Under the pieces are notes generated by a model, which saw only the letters and a program-made list of their open reading frames with translations, did not search any database and was not told the DNA's origin. The translations under genes were made by a program, and so were the position numbers. Below are positions 19,553 through 33,460 of a stretch of 64,000 bases of DNA, one piece after another (the first letter of the stretch is position 1; the number at the start of each line of letters is the position of its first letter). Source of the stretch: the human T2T-CHM13v2.0 reference genome, Homo sapiens; assembly GCF_009914755.1 (NCBI RefSeq), contig NC_060927.1, one strand, 5' to 3'.

Positions 19553-19872
19553 GTAGGTGGCCTGCCCTTTCCTCTCTGCCCCTTTCCTTTTAGACTTCTG
19601 TCCGTGATCTGATGTTAAGGCAGTCTCTTTGAGTGTGTAGCCTGTGCATCTAGATTTGTTTTTGGTTTCCTGATGTATCACTTTCTCTGTTCTTGCTACT
19701 CATTTTTTTCTCTACCTAGCTTTTCAGGAAAGCCAGAGTTAAGTAGCCTGAGAAATTTCCTGTGTTCTGCTTTAGGAGGCTTTTATATCTTGAAAAATAT
19801 GTGGGCATGGTCATATTTTCCCATGCATATCGTAGTAAAATTCAACACGAAACAATGGATCTTTCCACTGTC

Positions 19873-20226
<354 letters not shown>

Positions 20227-21109
20227 TAAAAACCTAATCATTAGTCACTTCTTTTAAGCACTGGTCTGCAATTGACCTTTAATGGTACAACTCCCAAAGC
20301 TTTGAAAGGTGTCAGCCTTGCTTTGTTTTAGATTTAAATAAAATTATCTATATATGTATGCCATAAAGTCAACCTGATTTCCAAAAGTCTAAAGCTATTT
20401 CTTGATCCAACAAACCAGCTCTACATGCTAACCTTTCCCCTCATTGGTGTGGATAATTGAGAAAGTAGACTTTACTATATTTTTTTCAGAGGGTGCCTTT
20501 TGTGATGTTTGGACACACACATAAAAATGAGGAGATGATTAGTTGACCTCACAGGTGGTTGCTCATTCAGGACTTTTAGTCCACATGCAATCAGTGAAAT
20601 ACAGTGAGTGCTCCGGTGTTTGGAAGTGGAGTGACTTACTGAGGGTCATCTGGTCTCTTCTCCTCTTTCCTCTTTACTGTTTGTGGCTCTTTATTCACTT
20701 GAGTCCAGGCAAGTAAACTGCAGAATGTTGCCCTTCCTTCTGTGACCTTGTATTTATCATGGGATTGAAATGCTCCTTCAAATGTTGAGTTGTAGTCATG
20801 CCTGAATATCCAAGGGGGTTGTCATTTTCTCTTGCCTTATGTAGTTGAATTGCTATGTTTCTTGCTGTTTAACCACCATCAATGATCCAGTTCATCCTGA
20901 GTGCAATTAGTTTCTCTGGGATGATGGGAGGTTCTTGGGTGGTAGGCTACCCCTGTGCTTGCTGCCACATGAAATCTTTGGTAATAAGAAGTTCTGAATG
21001 TACATCAACACAGCTTTGATTGTGAGCAATTCTTCCTTGGGAGCAGCAGAAACAATAATTCTTGAGATATAATTCACATCTCACACAATTTTCTCTGTTC
21101 ATCTTGCAG

Positions 21110-21306
21110 GACGATGGCATCTCGTGCTAAAGTGATGGCTGATTGGGTGTCAGAGGGTGGCGTGCTGCTGATGGGGTACGAGATGTACAGACTCCTCACT
21201 CTGAAGAAATCATTTGCCACAGGTAGACCGAAGAAAACCAAGAAGCGTTCTCACCCAGTCATCATTGATCTAGATGAGGAAGATCGGCAGCAGGAGTTTC
21301 GGAGAG
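21110..21306 (+). CDS. RAD54L2: RAD54L2 exon (TMASRAK...PKKTKKR...VIIDLDEED)
   Basis: ttgcAG / G|GTGGG; basic NLS-like tract and SIM-like motif. Confidence 0.95.
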
Positions 21307-22148
21307 GTGGGCAGCCTATCCCAGGAATACTCTTGTTGGTGTTTCAGGAAAAAAGAAATCATGTCTACTAATAGCACCTAGTCAGATGTAAAGTGCATTA
21401 TTGATGTGAATTGTTATCATGGACCAAAAATCCTGGTTCCCAAGATCAGTAGGATGACTTCCAATGGCTCTGAGAAGGTACTGCTTTCTCTGCCAGCTGT
21501 GCAGTTATGGTTAGGCCAGGCCACACACTGGCTTGGGGGAGATTCCTCTGTTCGTCTATCCCTGTTTCTCTTACAGAACAGTTGGAATAGTAACCATTTC
21601 CTTTACCACTTTCTAGAGATGTTCTGAGAAAGCATGAAGAAAATATAAAGTGTTTAAATCACTAATATAAAGACAAAGTAGTAATACTATTGTTTGTGAA
21701 TTTATAAAAAAGAATTTATCCCAGTTGTTTTTAGTGAAAACCATTCCTGTCATAGTTCTAATTCTACTCCATCTTCTAAGGGGCCTTTGCTCATTTGGGG
21801 AAGAATGTTTTTAAGGGTTCAGAGGCCATTTCACTTTAGAAGTCTCTTCATCTATGAGATTATGTTTGTTCTAGGTTTGCTTCTATGGTAGAGCTGGGAT
21901 GAATTTGCCATTTAGCAATGACTGGAAAATAACTGCGGGAAGACCCTGTCCTTTAGCTAGCTCCTACCAGCCAGCCCTCAGATGGAGTCAAGACGCTGGC
22001 AATGGTGAGAGCCTACTAAAGTGTCTGGATTATTCCTATTGGTTTCATCCAGGTGCATTTTTAATCCTAGGCTGGCACTCTGTAAGGTCCCTCTCTCTGC
22101 TGCCCAGTTGGTCTAAGCCCTAGGAATGCAAGTCAGTTATACTTTTCA

Positions 22149-22497
<349 letters not shown>

Positions 22498-22677
22498 TCA
22501 TACCAGTCATATCCAGGAGCTTGAATGGCTGGCACCCTCTCACCAAGGGGGGCTGACTCTTGCTTTCCTGCTTCCTTCATTTCTTCTGTCTCCTCCAGGG
22601 TGCACCCCTACTTCTCATATTATTGACTAAGAGCAGGCCCTGTCACCCTCTGACTCCGGATCCTCTTCCCTCCCTAG

Positions 22678-23020
22678 AGTTTGAGAAGGCTTTATGCCGC
22701 CCTGGCCCTGATGTAGTAATCTGTGATGAGGGACACCGCATCAAAAACTGCCAGGCCAGCACCTCACAGGCTCTGAAGAATATCCGCTCTCGCCGCCGGG
22801 TGGTGCTGACTGGGTACCCTCTGCAAAACAACCTCATTGAGTACTGGTGCATGGTGGACTTTGTGCGCCCAGACTTCCTTGGCACCCGGCAGGAGTTCAG
22901 CAACATGTTTGAACGCCCTATCCTGAATGGGCAATGTATTGACAGCACACCTCAGGACGTCCGCCTCATGCGGTACCGGAGCCATGTCCTGCACAGTCTT
23001 CTGGAGGGCTTTGTGCAGAG
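22678..23020 (+). CDS. RAD54L2: RAD54L2 exon with motif II (DEGH) and motif III (TGYPLQNN)
   Basis: SNF2 DExH box; ccctAG / AG|GTGAG. Confidence 0.97.
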
Positions 23021-23660
23021 GTGAGCCATCCTCAGGGTCCTGCTTCCTGAATTTTCAGAGGGCCCTGTTGCCAAGGGCATGCCAAACCTGTTATACAGGA
23101 TAGGGTGTTGGAGTAGGAGGGCCCCTTCCCTGGGGCAGTAGTAAAACTTTGCTTCCTGTGACAAGCTAGCAGATGGTGGATATCCACTGTTTCAGTTCTC
23201 TGAAAGTTTGGCCTAGAAGTGCTTCTCTCAAAAGTTATCTTTAAAGGTACTGGAGACACCTGTCTTACTTGCTGAGAGAAGCAAGAAAAAGGTACCATTC
23301 TGCTGACTTACCTTAGGCTAGTCTAAAGCAGACCCCTCATTTTTCCTTGTTGAGATGGCATATGGAGCGAAAGCTCAGAGAGGCAGCCCAAATTAAAGTA
23401 AGAACCTCAAGTTCCCCTGTCTCTGTCATGCAGTCAGACTTGACCTGGGACAGGTCACTCTGCCTCTTAGTGTTAGTTTTCATCCTTAAGGTGAGTTTCT
23501 TCTTGGTTGTTGAACCACTCTGCATTATTGCAAGGCTGCAGTGCATGTTGAGATCCTCAAGAGGGAGGTGTGGCAGGAGTGCAAAAGGCTCTGTTTTTAT
23601 CTTGTGCTGACCCCTCCTGGCCACACTACCTTGCCGTTTCTGTTCTGTTTGCCTCCATAG

Positions 23661-23838
23661 GAGAGGCCACACTGTGCTGAAGATTCATCTCCCTGCCAAG
23701 GAAGAAAATGTGATCCTTGTGCGGCTCTCCAAGATCCAGCGAGATTTGTATACACAGTTCATGGATCGCTTCCGGGACTGTGGTAGCAGCGGTTGGCTGG
23801 GGCTGAACCCCCTTAAGGCATTCTGTGTGTGTTGCAAG
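23661..23838 (+). CDS. RAD54L2: RAD54L2 exon (RGHTVLK...VCCK)
   Basis: catAG / AAG|GTGCAT; in frame. Confidence 0.94.
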
Positions 23839-24935
23839 GTGCATTGGGGCCTCAGGGAAGATTGAGATGGGGACTAAGGATACACATGGTCCCAAGGGAG
23901 TTACTCCTACTGAGAGTCTTCAATAAAGGGAGAATAAAGTGAGAGGGGGCCACCTCAGTTCACTGCACTGGAGGTTTGGGGGCTCCAAGGAGAGAGGTGA
24001 TGGTTTTGTACCACATAACTCCTGGGGGTGCCATTCACACAGTGTAATATAACTGATGCCCCCTGCAGTGTGCAACTCAGCTGCACAACTTGTTATTCCA
24101 AGGGGATTAATGGAAAAATACTGTGGGGCAGCGTTTTTGACTGCTAGCATAATCAGAATTCAAGAGATATATAGCTTAGACAAGTTATTAGGGGTACCTT
24201 CCATTGGATTCCATACTTAATCAGATTGAGACCTCTCTCATTCTTTTCTTGAGGGACCTGTTTCATTGACTTCATACCTCTACCCCTGGCTACTCTTCAG
24301 CAGACCTGTTAGGTATTATTCTTAATTGACCACTGCTTTAATAAGTCAGCAGAAGGTATGTGTCTGGGGACAAGAGGGGTTTCCAAATATTTCTTTTATA
24401 GCCACAGTCCTGGGTCAAGGCCAGGAAACTAAGGCAAGCGTGGTCTGTGATGATGCTTTGGTATCACTGCATCCTTCCTTCTTCCTTTCCTCTCTTCTCC
24501 TGGGAGTTCTCAACTCTTGCTAGGAATACTCTGTGAAATGATATGTGATTGGTCTACTATAAGTCAGATACATTTTGTCTATAGTTTTATACAGTAGCAG
24601 ACTGTAGCCACACTGTGAAACTGGAACATTCTTACTCTTATTTGAATAAGAATGTCAAAAAGGCTTGTGACAGCTTTTTTGATTATGTATCAAACATACT
24701 TACTGGCATGGCTCCTGGTATGCATGCTGCCATTCATGTGTCATGGTGACCAGAACTGATAATCAAAACAAATATGCAGGCCCTTTGGCTGTGAAGGGCT
24801 CTGACTTTAATTTTTGGTGTGACAGTGTTTATTGTGGGACGTGTGTGTTTGAGCAAGTATGTGTTTCCAGACTCCCTGGGACACCCTTGGAATGTTTTTT
24901 GTCCTGTGTCTCCTCTCCCTTTCCTTGAACCTCAG

Positions 24936-25187
24936 ATCTGGAATCACCCTGATGTGCTGTATGAAGCCCTTCAGAAGGAGAGCTTGGCCAATGAGCAGGA
25001 CCTAGACGTGGAAGAACTTGGCTCTGCAGGGACCAGTGCCCGCTGTCCACCACAGGGAACAAAAGGCAAGGGAGAGGATAGCACCTTGGCTTCCTCGATG
25101 GGAGAGGCAACCAATAGCAAGTTCCTACAGGGCGTTGGCTTCAACCCTTTCCAGGAGCGAGGCAACAACATTGTCACATATGAATGG
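24936..25187 (+). CDS. RAD54L2: RAD54L2 exon (IWNHPDVL...TYEW)
   Basis: SNF2 NHP motif; ctcAG / TGG|GTGAGT. Confidence 0.95.
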
Positions 25188-25397
25188 GTGAGTCAAGCAG
25201 ATCCTTCAGGAACCATAAACTATTGCTGAGAAGGGATGGTGCAAGCCCTGCCTGGGGAAGGGGTAGGGATGCATGGCTAGGGTCTCTGTATGGAATTATA
25301 AAGGTGGCCAGTGAGCTGCTGCCTTGGAAGGAAATAATTTTATTTCTAGTGATCTGGCCTTGGACCTGCTCTAAGCTGCCTTGTTTCTCTCTTGCAG

Positions 25398-25516
25398 GCC
25401 AAGGACCTTCTGACTAATTACCAGACTGGAGTCCTAGAAAACTCTCCCAAGATGGTACTGCTTTTCCACCTGATTGAGGAAAGTGTGAAGCTTGGGGACA
25501 AGATCCTTGTGTTTAG
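25398..25516 (+). CDS. RAD54L2: RAD54L2 exon (AKDLL...SPKM...KILVFS, motif IV)
   Basis: ttgcAG / AG|GTAGG. Confidence 0.95.
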
Positions 25517-25724
25517 GTAGGATGAGAAACTTCCATTTGAGGCTGTGTGTCTATGGTAAAGAATGACAAAACCACCACAGAGCAAGACCAAGACCACCCC
25601 CGCCTCCCCCAAGTGCTATTGTGAGGACCTTCTTGCATGTTGTCTGTCTCTTGGAGTTTCTTTCATTGCCCAATTTGATTTCTCCACAGAGAACAATTTA
25701 GAACCCTAGGTTAGCACTGGAGTC

Positions 25725-25898
25725 TAATCTTTCAAATTCTGGCCTGTTTTTGTTTACTTTGAGAGCTAAGGATAGTTTTTACATTTTTAAAAGGTTATAA
25801 AAAACATACAAAGAATATGCAGCAGAGGTTCTATGTGGCCAAGAAAGCCTAAACTATTTGCTATCTGTCCTTTTACAGAAAATGTTTGCTGACCCTTG
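25725..25898. mobile_element. MER58-like hAT DNA transposon fragment
   Basis: ttttacagaaaatgtttgctgaccc terminus. Confidence 0.6.
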
Positions 25899-26510
25899 GT
25901 TTAATCTTCTATCCCGCCCCAACCTTTTATTTTAGTTTTAAGCTTTGTCTTTAAAGCCAAATAAGTGATGTAGTTTGCTCCGGAGTTATATTCTCAGTCT
26001 GGCTAGAGCTTTGAGTCTCATTAAGGCTTGACTCCCCAGGAAAACAAAGTTGATTGCTTCTCCTTCTTTATAATCTGACCAGATTATGCTCCAAGAAGAG
26101 CCAAGTGGCAGGAGCCTGGCTCAGGAGCCTCAGAGTGAGGGCTTCCACATGTGACACACTTTGAGAGGACAGCAGTGATTTTAGCTTGGGGAGAGCCTAG
26201 TGTTGATTTTATGGATCACTTCTAAGGACACTGGCTCTCATGGTATCTTGGAAGCAGTCGAGTGATTTTGTCTCTCTAGTAAAACCCATAATCATATCTG
26301 ATGTATATTCATGCAGTGGTAGTGTTTAGTGCTGAATGCTATTTGTTACTCTGCATTGAGCTAAACCCCAGAAATTTTCAGCTGTGGAAGTGAAGAATGA
26401 AGAGAGTATTTTTTCAGTGTGGTGGTAGTCGTAAGTATGTGGATGACTCTGCTCCCATTATACGCTAGGAAGGATACCCTTGGTTGTTCTTGGTATAGTT
26501 ACCTCTTTCT

Positions 26511-27131
<621 letters not shown>

Positions 27132-27265
27132 CCTAGAGTTACCTCTTTTCAGTGGTAGGTTGTGGGAGCTCCCATTGTCAGAAAGTTGCACAAGAGTATG
27201 GACCTATTGGGAACAATGTTCCCTCAATTCTGGGAGCCATCTGAACGAAATGTTTTCTGTTTCAG

Positions 27266-27384
27266 CCAGAGTCTTTCCACCTTGGCTCTCATCGAGGAAT
27301 TCCTTGGAAAACGAGAAGTACCCTGTCCACCTGGTACCGAGGGGCAAGGAGCACAGAAGTGGGTTCGAAACATCAGCTACTTCC
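27266..27384 (+). CDS. RAD54L2: RAD54L2 exon (QSLSTL...ISYF)
   Basis: ttcAG / C|GTGAGT. Confidence 0.95.
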
Positions 27385-28037
27385 GTGAGTTCATTGTTGC
27401 GTTGTTCTTGAAGCCTTGGCAAGGTCTGCTTAAGGGTTTCCTTTCCTTCTCTCTCTTTCTCTTTCTCCACTCCATCAAATGCATAGGAATATTTGTGATT
27501 AGTCAAGGAGCAGGGGGATACTAAGAGCCAGCTGTTGTTTACAAGGTACTGTACTAGGGGCTGGGGGATTGAGAGAGTTGGGAGAGTGTAGAGAAATAGA
27601 AGCCATAGTCCTTCTCTTCATCTGAGATGTGACAATTCAAGAACAATTGAGTGCCCCTAACTGGGGTTCTAAGGAGGATAGAATCACTGTGGTGAGGATG
27701 ATTAGCTAAGGTGTCTCAAAAATGGGGAGGATTTGAATACACAGGGCTAGTGTTGCCTGAGGATCATTCCAGGCTGAAAGATCAGAGTGAACACAAGCCT
27801 AGATCATGCATTCTCTGTTGGGGAGATAATACTTTAAGGGGATGAACTTTTTTTTTTTTTTTTTGAGCAGGGGGTGGAAATCTTAACTTTTAAAATGTGT
27901 AAGTCAAGTACATACAGTACGTAAACAGATATACAGTTTATCTGTGGTATTAAATTTCATGAAGGACATAGTGTCATTGGGAAAAAAAAAGTCATTCCTT
28001 AGTGGGGTGGTAATGAAAAAAAAGTTGAGAAATACAG

Positions 28038-28250
28038 ACCTCAGCACTGCTGACATTTGGGCCAGATAATTCTTTGTTATAAGGGGCTGTCCTGTATATT
28101 ATACGACATTTAGTAGCATGCTTGGTTTCTACTCACTAGATGGCAGTAGTATCTCTCAGTTTTGACAACCAAAAATATCTCCAGACATTGCAAAATGTCC
28201 CGTGGGGAGTGGGAGTATGGAGAAATTGCCCTCATTGAGAACCACTGCCC
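28038..28250. mobile_element. MER20 (hAT-Charlie)
   Basis: gacatttgggccagataattctttgt...ctccagacattg...ttgagaaccactg. Confidence 0.8.
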
Positions 28251-28547
28251 TAATAGAAGGATTTAGAGAACTGGAGGTTCAGGGAGTAGCAAGAAGACCC
28301 CCAGCACAAGGTGTGGCTCAGAGCTTGCCCTATGAATCAGTGGTGAGCTGTGTTTGGGAACTGTTTGAACTCAGGTTGGAAAAGTAGGTTGGGGTCCTGA
28401 CATAGAACCCCAGTACCAAGCAATTAAACTGTTGCTTCCTACAACAGTAGTAATTCAGTTTTCCATGTGGTATTTCATGCCCTTAGCTTTACCATTTACT
28501 CAAGATGACAAGTGTTGCCATTACTATTTATGCTTCTTAACTGAAGT

Positions 28548-28849
28548 CTTTTTTTTTTTTTTTTTTTTTTGAGACGAAGTCTTACTCTTTTGCCAGGCTG
28601 GAGTGCAGTGGCGTGATCTTGGCTGAACTGCAGCCTCCGTCTCCCAGGTTCAAGTGATTCTCCTGCCTCAGCCTCCCAAGTACTGGGACTACAGGCACAG
28701 GCCACCATGCCCAGCTAATTTTTGTATTTTTAGTAGAGACGGGGTTTCACCATGTGGGTCAGGATGGTCTCGATCTCTTGACCTCGTGATCTGCACGCCT
28801 TGGCCTCCCAAACTGTTGGGATTACAGGCGTGAGCCACTGTGCCCGGCC
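28548..28849 (-). mobile_element. AluS (Sc-like)
   Basis: Antisense Alu dimer. Confidence 0.9.
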
Positions 28850-28944
28850 CTAAAGCCTATTTTTTCTCCCTCTTTGGAGCTTCCCTCCTTTCATTCATGT
28901 GTTCCATCCTACTGTTCCAGATGTATTTCCTTTATGTCTCTTTA

Positions 28945-29340
28945 CAGCAAGTTCTTAGCTTCAGGAGCTGGTTAAAAATGCAGATTCCTGGTGGAGGAAC
29001 ATCATCCATATCAAAACCCTTAGTCCTGCACTCACCAGGACTCACAAGGCTGAGGCAGAGAGGTCACCTTGAGCCAGTATTTTCCAAATTCCCTAGGTGA
29101 TTACTATACATTCCGAAGTCTAGGATTCTTGGCTTTAGAATTGACCTAAGATAGTAAAGGGGAGAAATGTAGTTTATAATCCATGGTGCATGTGAGAATC
29201 ACCTGGGGGTATTTTCAAATTATAGATGCCTGGGCCTTACTTACTGTAGACCCATGATACGTCCAAGGGGTGAGATCTGAGCACTGTTGTATTTCTATTT
29301 GTTTTGCTCTTTAAAACATATTTGCCCAGTGATTTTGCTG
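28945..29340. mobile_element. MER5-like fragments
   Basis: gttaaaaatgcagattcctgg; gaatcacctgggg...agatgcctgggcc. Confidence 0.45.
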
Positions 29341-29391
29341 TATATCCTTGCTCTAATATATCCACTGCTTATGGTTTTCCTTCCTTCCTAG

Positions 29392-29491
29392 GGCTAGATG
29401 GTAGCACCCCTGCCTTTGAGAGGGAGCGGCTTATTAATCAGTTCAATGATCCCAGCAACCTCACCACCTGGCTGTTCCTTCTCTCTACAAG
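29392..29491 (+). CDS. RAD54L2: RAD54L2 exon (RLDGST...FLLSTR)
   Basis: HELICc LDGS motif; cctAG / AG|GTGAG. Confidence 0.96.
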
Positions 29492-29699
29492 GTGAGTGGA
29501 TCCCAAGAGGGGAGGTCAAAGGAATCTGTTCAGGCAGTTGGCCACCTGGGCTGGTACCCCAAAACTCCAAGTTCCCTCAGAAGAGATCAGCTCAGGTTTG
29601 TAACTTGTTTCTGGGGTCAGAGAGGGAACTTCAAAAGGAAATTAGGTTAGCAGGGCAGTCATGATAGTATCATAAAATTTTTTGAGACCTTCATTAACA

Positions 29700-30000
<301 letters not shown>

Positions 30001-30540
30001 TACCCAAGAGTTTTAATTAGCTTTTCTCTCAGGAGTGTTATGAGGCTTAGATGATGTGATGAATATGAAAGTGCTTTAAAAAGTAGAAAGTGCAAGGTGA
30101 CTGTAAAAGGCTGATGGTATTGTCTCATGCCAAGCAGCTTGAAGGCTGTGCTGCCTTCTGCCATCGTAATGCCCTTGGCAGGATGTAAGCCAGTCATTCC
30201 CCTAAGCTGTTAGACTAAAAATAGTGGAAACATCTGTGTGCAGAAGTTTCCCCTCACCAAGGAACATCCCTCCAAGGCCAGGATGCGGGGGCCTTACTTG
30301 TTACAGAGGAGAGTGAGTTTTGTTTCTGAGCTGGTAGACACTTTCATGTTGGATTTCAGGGCACAATTTTCAGTGCTTGAGGAATGTACTGTTTATCAGC
30401 AGGACAGCAAAATCCTTGAGTATGTTGTACTTAGGGCTTAGGACAGAGTAATATTGGGGTAGAAGTCACAGAGGGCAAAACTGATTTGAAAACCTTTTTT
30501 AAGACTAAAGGCTCTGTGATTGTTGGCTTGTCTTTTAAAG

Positions 30541-30746
30541 GGCCGGATGCTTGGGTGTGAATCTGATTGGTGCCAACCGAGTGGTGGTGTTTGATGCTTC
30601 CTGGAACCCTTGCCATGATGCCCAGGCAGTATGTCGGGTATACCGTTATGGCCAGAAAAAGCCCTGTTACATCTATCGCCTTGTGGCTGATTACACTCTA
30701 GAAAAGAAGATCTATGACCGTCAGATTTCCAAGCAGGGCATGTCAG
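30541..30746 (+). CDS. RAD54L2: RAD54L2 exon with motifs V and VI (AGCLGVNL...WNP...[11 protein letters not shown])
   Basis: Canonical SNF2 lobe-2 motifs; ttttaaAG / G|GTGGG. Confidence 0.97.
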
Positions 30747-31107
30747 GTGGGCCATCTTCCAGACTTCGGAGAGGCACATCTATACAGGCTACCATCCTTT
30801 TAGTATCAAGGGTGGGAGAGGAGCAGGATATGGGAACACAGGCAGGCTTCGAGAAAGCCAGCATTTCCTCCTATCTCATTCTGATTCAAATTGCTTAAAA
30901 GGTAATTGACCTCAACTTGTTGAAGGTGAGTTTAATGATAACAGCCAAGCTCGTTATACAAGTTTTCCCCTTATATGATGTTTCCAGTGTCACCAGCACC
31001 TCAGACCTAGTCTTTGACTTTCAGATATGGGATGACTTTTCATTATTAGTGACCTTTACAGTTTTTAATGCCATGTGCTGACTTTCTTCATGTCTTTATC
31101 CTTCTAG

Positions 31108-31280
31108 ATCGGGTGGTGGATGATCTAAATCCAATGCTGAACTTCACACGGAAAGAGGTGGAAAACCTACTGCACTTTGTTGAGAAGGAGCCAGCTCCCC
31201 AAGTTTCCTTGAACGTAAAGGGGATCAAGGAGTCAGTCCTGCAACTGGCCTGTCTGAAGTACCCTCACCTCATCACCAAG
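31108..31280 (+). CDS. RAD54L2: RAD54L2 exon (RVVDDLNP...LITK)
   Basis: ttctAG / AAG|GTAAG. Confidence 0.95.
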
Positions 31281-31801
31281 GTAAGAACTTGGTATGCATG
31301 CAATCCCCAGAGTGGCAGTCTCTCTGTCAAAGGAGGCTTGTCTTGTAAGCTTTTTTCTTCATCTGAGGTGATGTTTCATGCAGGTGACTTGGACTCAAGG
31401 ACTTCTTTTTCTTGCCCCACTCAGTCCCCCTCCCTTCCCACAACCACTTACCCCGTCCTCTAATCTGGTCCTGGGAGTGCTAAGGTTAGCCATGTATAGT
31501 AATTTGGCCAGTGAGTCTTCTTAGCAGAAAGAGAGGGGGAAAGTTCTAAAAATGTAGTTTGTTAATTCTCTGAACTCCCCCATTCTTTTGATAGGGAAGG
31601 CAGACTTAGATGTCTAAAGCTGGTACTAGGTTAGAGCTATAAATTGTACTCTTGACAGAAAGACAGTAAACCTGCCTGTGTATCTCTGAGCAGTCTCTTC
31701 GCTAGTGCTGGAGACAGCCAGCTCTTTTCTTGGTCCTAAAGTAAGGCTCATTATCTATCAGCCATGTTGGTAACTAAATCAACATCCTCCTGTGTCCCCA
31801 G

Positions 31802-31998
31802 GAGCCTTTCGAGCATGAGTCATTGCTCTTGAACCGAAAGGATCACAAGCTAACCAAGGCTGAGAAAAAAGCAGCAAAGAAAAGCTATGAGGAAGACAAA
31901 CGCACATCAGTCCCCTATACCCGCCCATCGTATGCGCAGTATTACCCTGCCAGCGATCAGAGCCTGACCAGCATCCCCGCCTTCAGCCAGAGAAACTG
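31802..31998 (+). CDS. RAD54L2: RAD54L2 exon (EPFEHESLL...SQRNW)
   Basis: cccAG / TG|GTGAG; HESLL motif also found in ATRX-like proteins. Confidence 0.95.
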
Positions 31999-32725
31999 GT
32001 GAGTTGCTGAAAGGGGAGGGTCTGCTGCTGGGCCAGGCACAAACACCTTTCAACTTGTTCATATTTTAAATAAAGGCAGAGCCTACAACTTGTTCCTTGA
32101 CTGCTGTGAATTGACAGGCTCTGCTCTAGGGTAGGTGTGAAAGCAGTTCAGTAGCCCTGGTGTTTTAAATGGTTCTGGTTTTGACTGCCCTAGCTGGAAA
32201 AGTGAGCTGCTGGCCCGTGACCCAGGAGAGTCTTTCTGGACACCTGGGTAGGAGACGGGGATAAAGCTTCCCAGAAAGAGGCCCAGCCATTCCACACAGG
32301 TGCATCTGACCCCTAGCACCTTAGTCCTAGGCCTCACTTAGAAGTGGTGTTCAAGGATGAAGGCTCTGTTCCCTTGGATTACAGTCAGGGAATCCTGCTG
32401 CTCCTAAGGGGATTCCATTCTGTGTCTGTGCCATGATCTGGAACCAAAAAATCTCTTTTTTGAGTATAACATCTAGACTTGTTCAGAATATTAACAGAAT
32501 AGAAGCCAAGTGCTAAGCAGTGAGAGAGGCTCCTTGTAAGATATTATAGAACAGTTATCTAGGTTTAATTTTTTTTTTTTAATTTCAAGACAGTGCCTCA
32601 CAGCTCTCACCCTCCACTTACTGATCAGATCTGCTACCTGATTCAGTAGTTTGCATTTTTAATTATTTGATTATCTTGAATTAAAAATAATTATTTTATT
32701 TGATGGGAACAGATTTAAATTTTCT

Positions 32726-33330
<605 letters not shown>

Positions 33331-33460
33331 AAAATTTTTTTCCTTACTAAGACTCTCATGTTAAAAACAAACAAGCTGCAGCTCCCACTGTGATCGACAC
33401 AGAAGACAGGTGATTTCTGCATTTCCAACTGAGGTACCTGATTCATCTCACTGGGACTGG

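Noticed and set aside
31982-32070. Patchy U6/U6atac snRNA-like words (CAGAGAA, GTTGCTGAAAGG, TTCATATTTT)
   Set aside because: Similarity is discontinuous, overlaps a coding exon and donor site, and has no TSD or A-tail; an Infernal search would be needed
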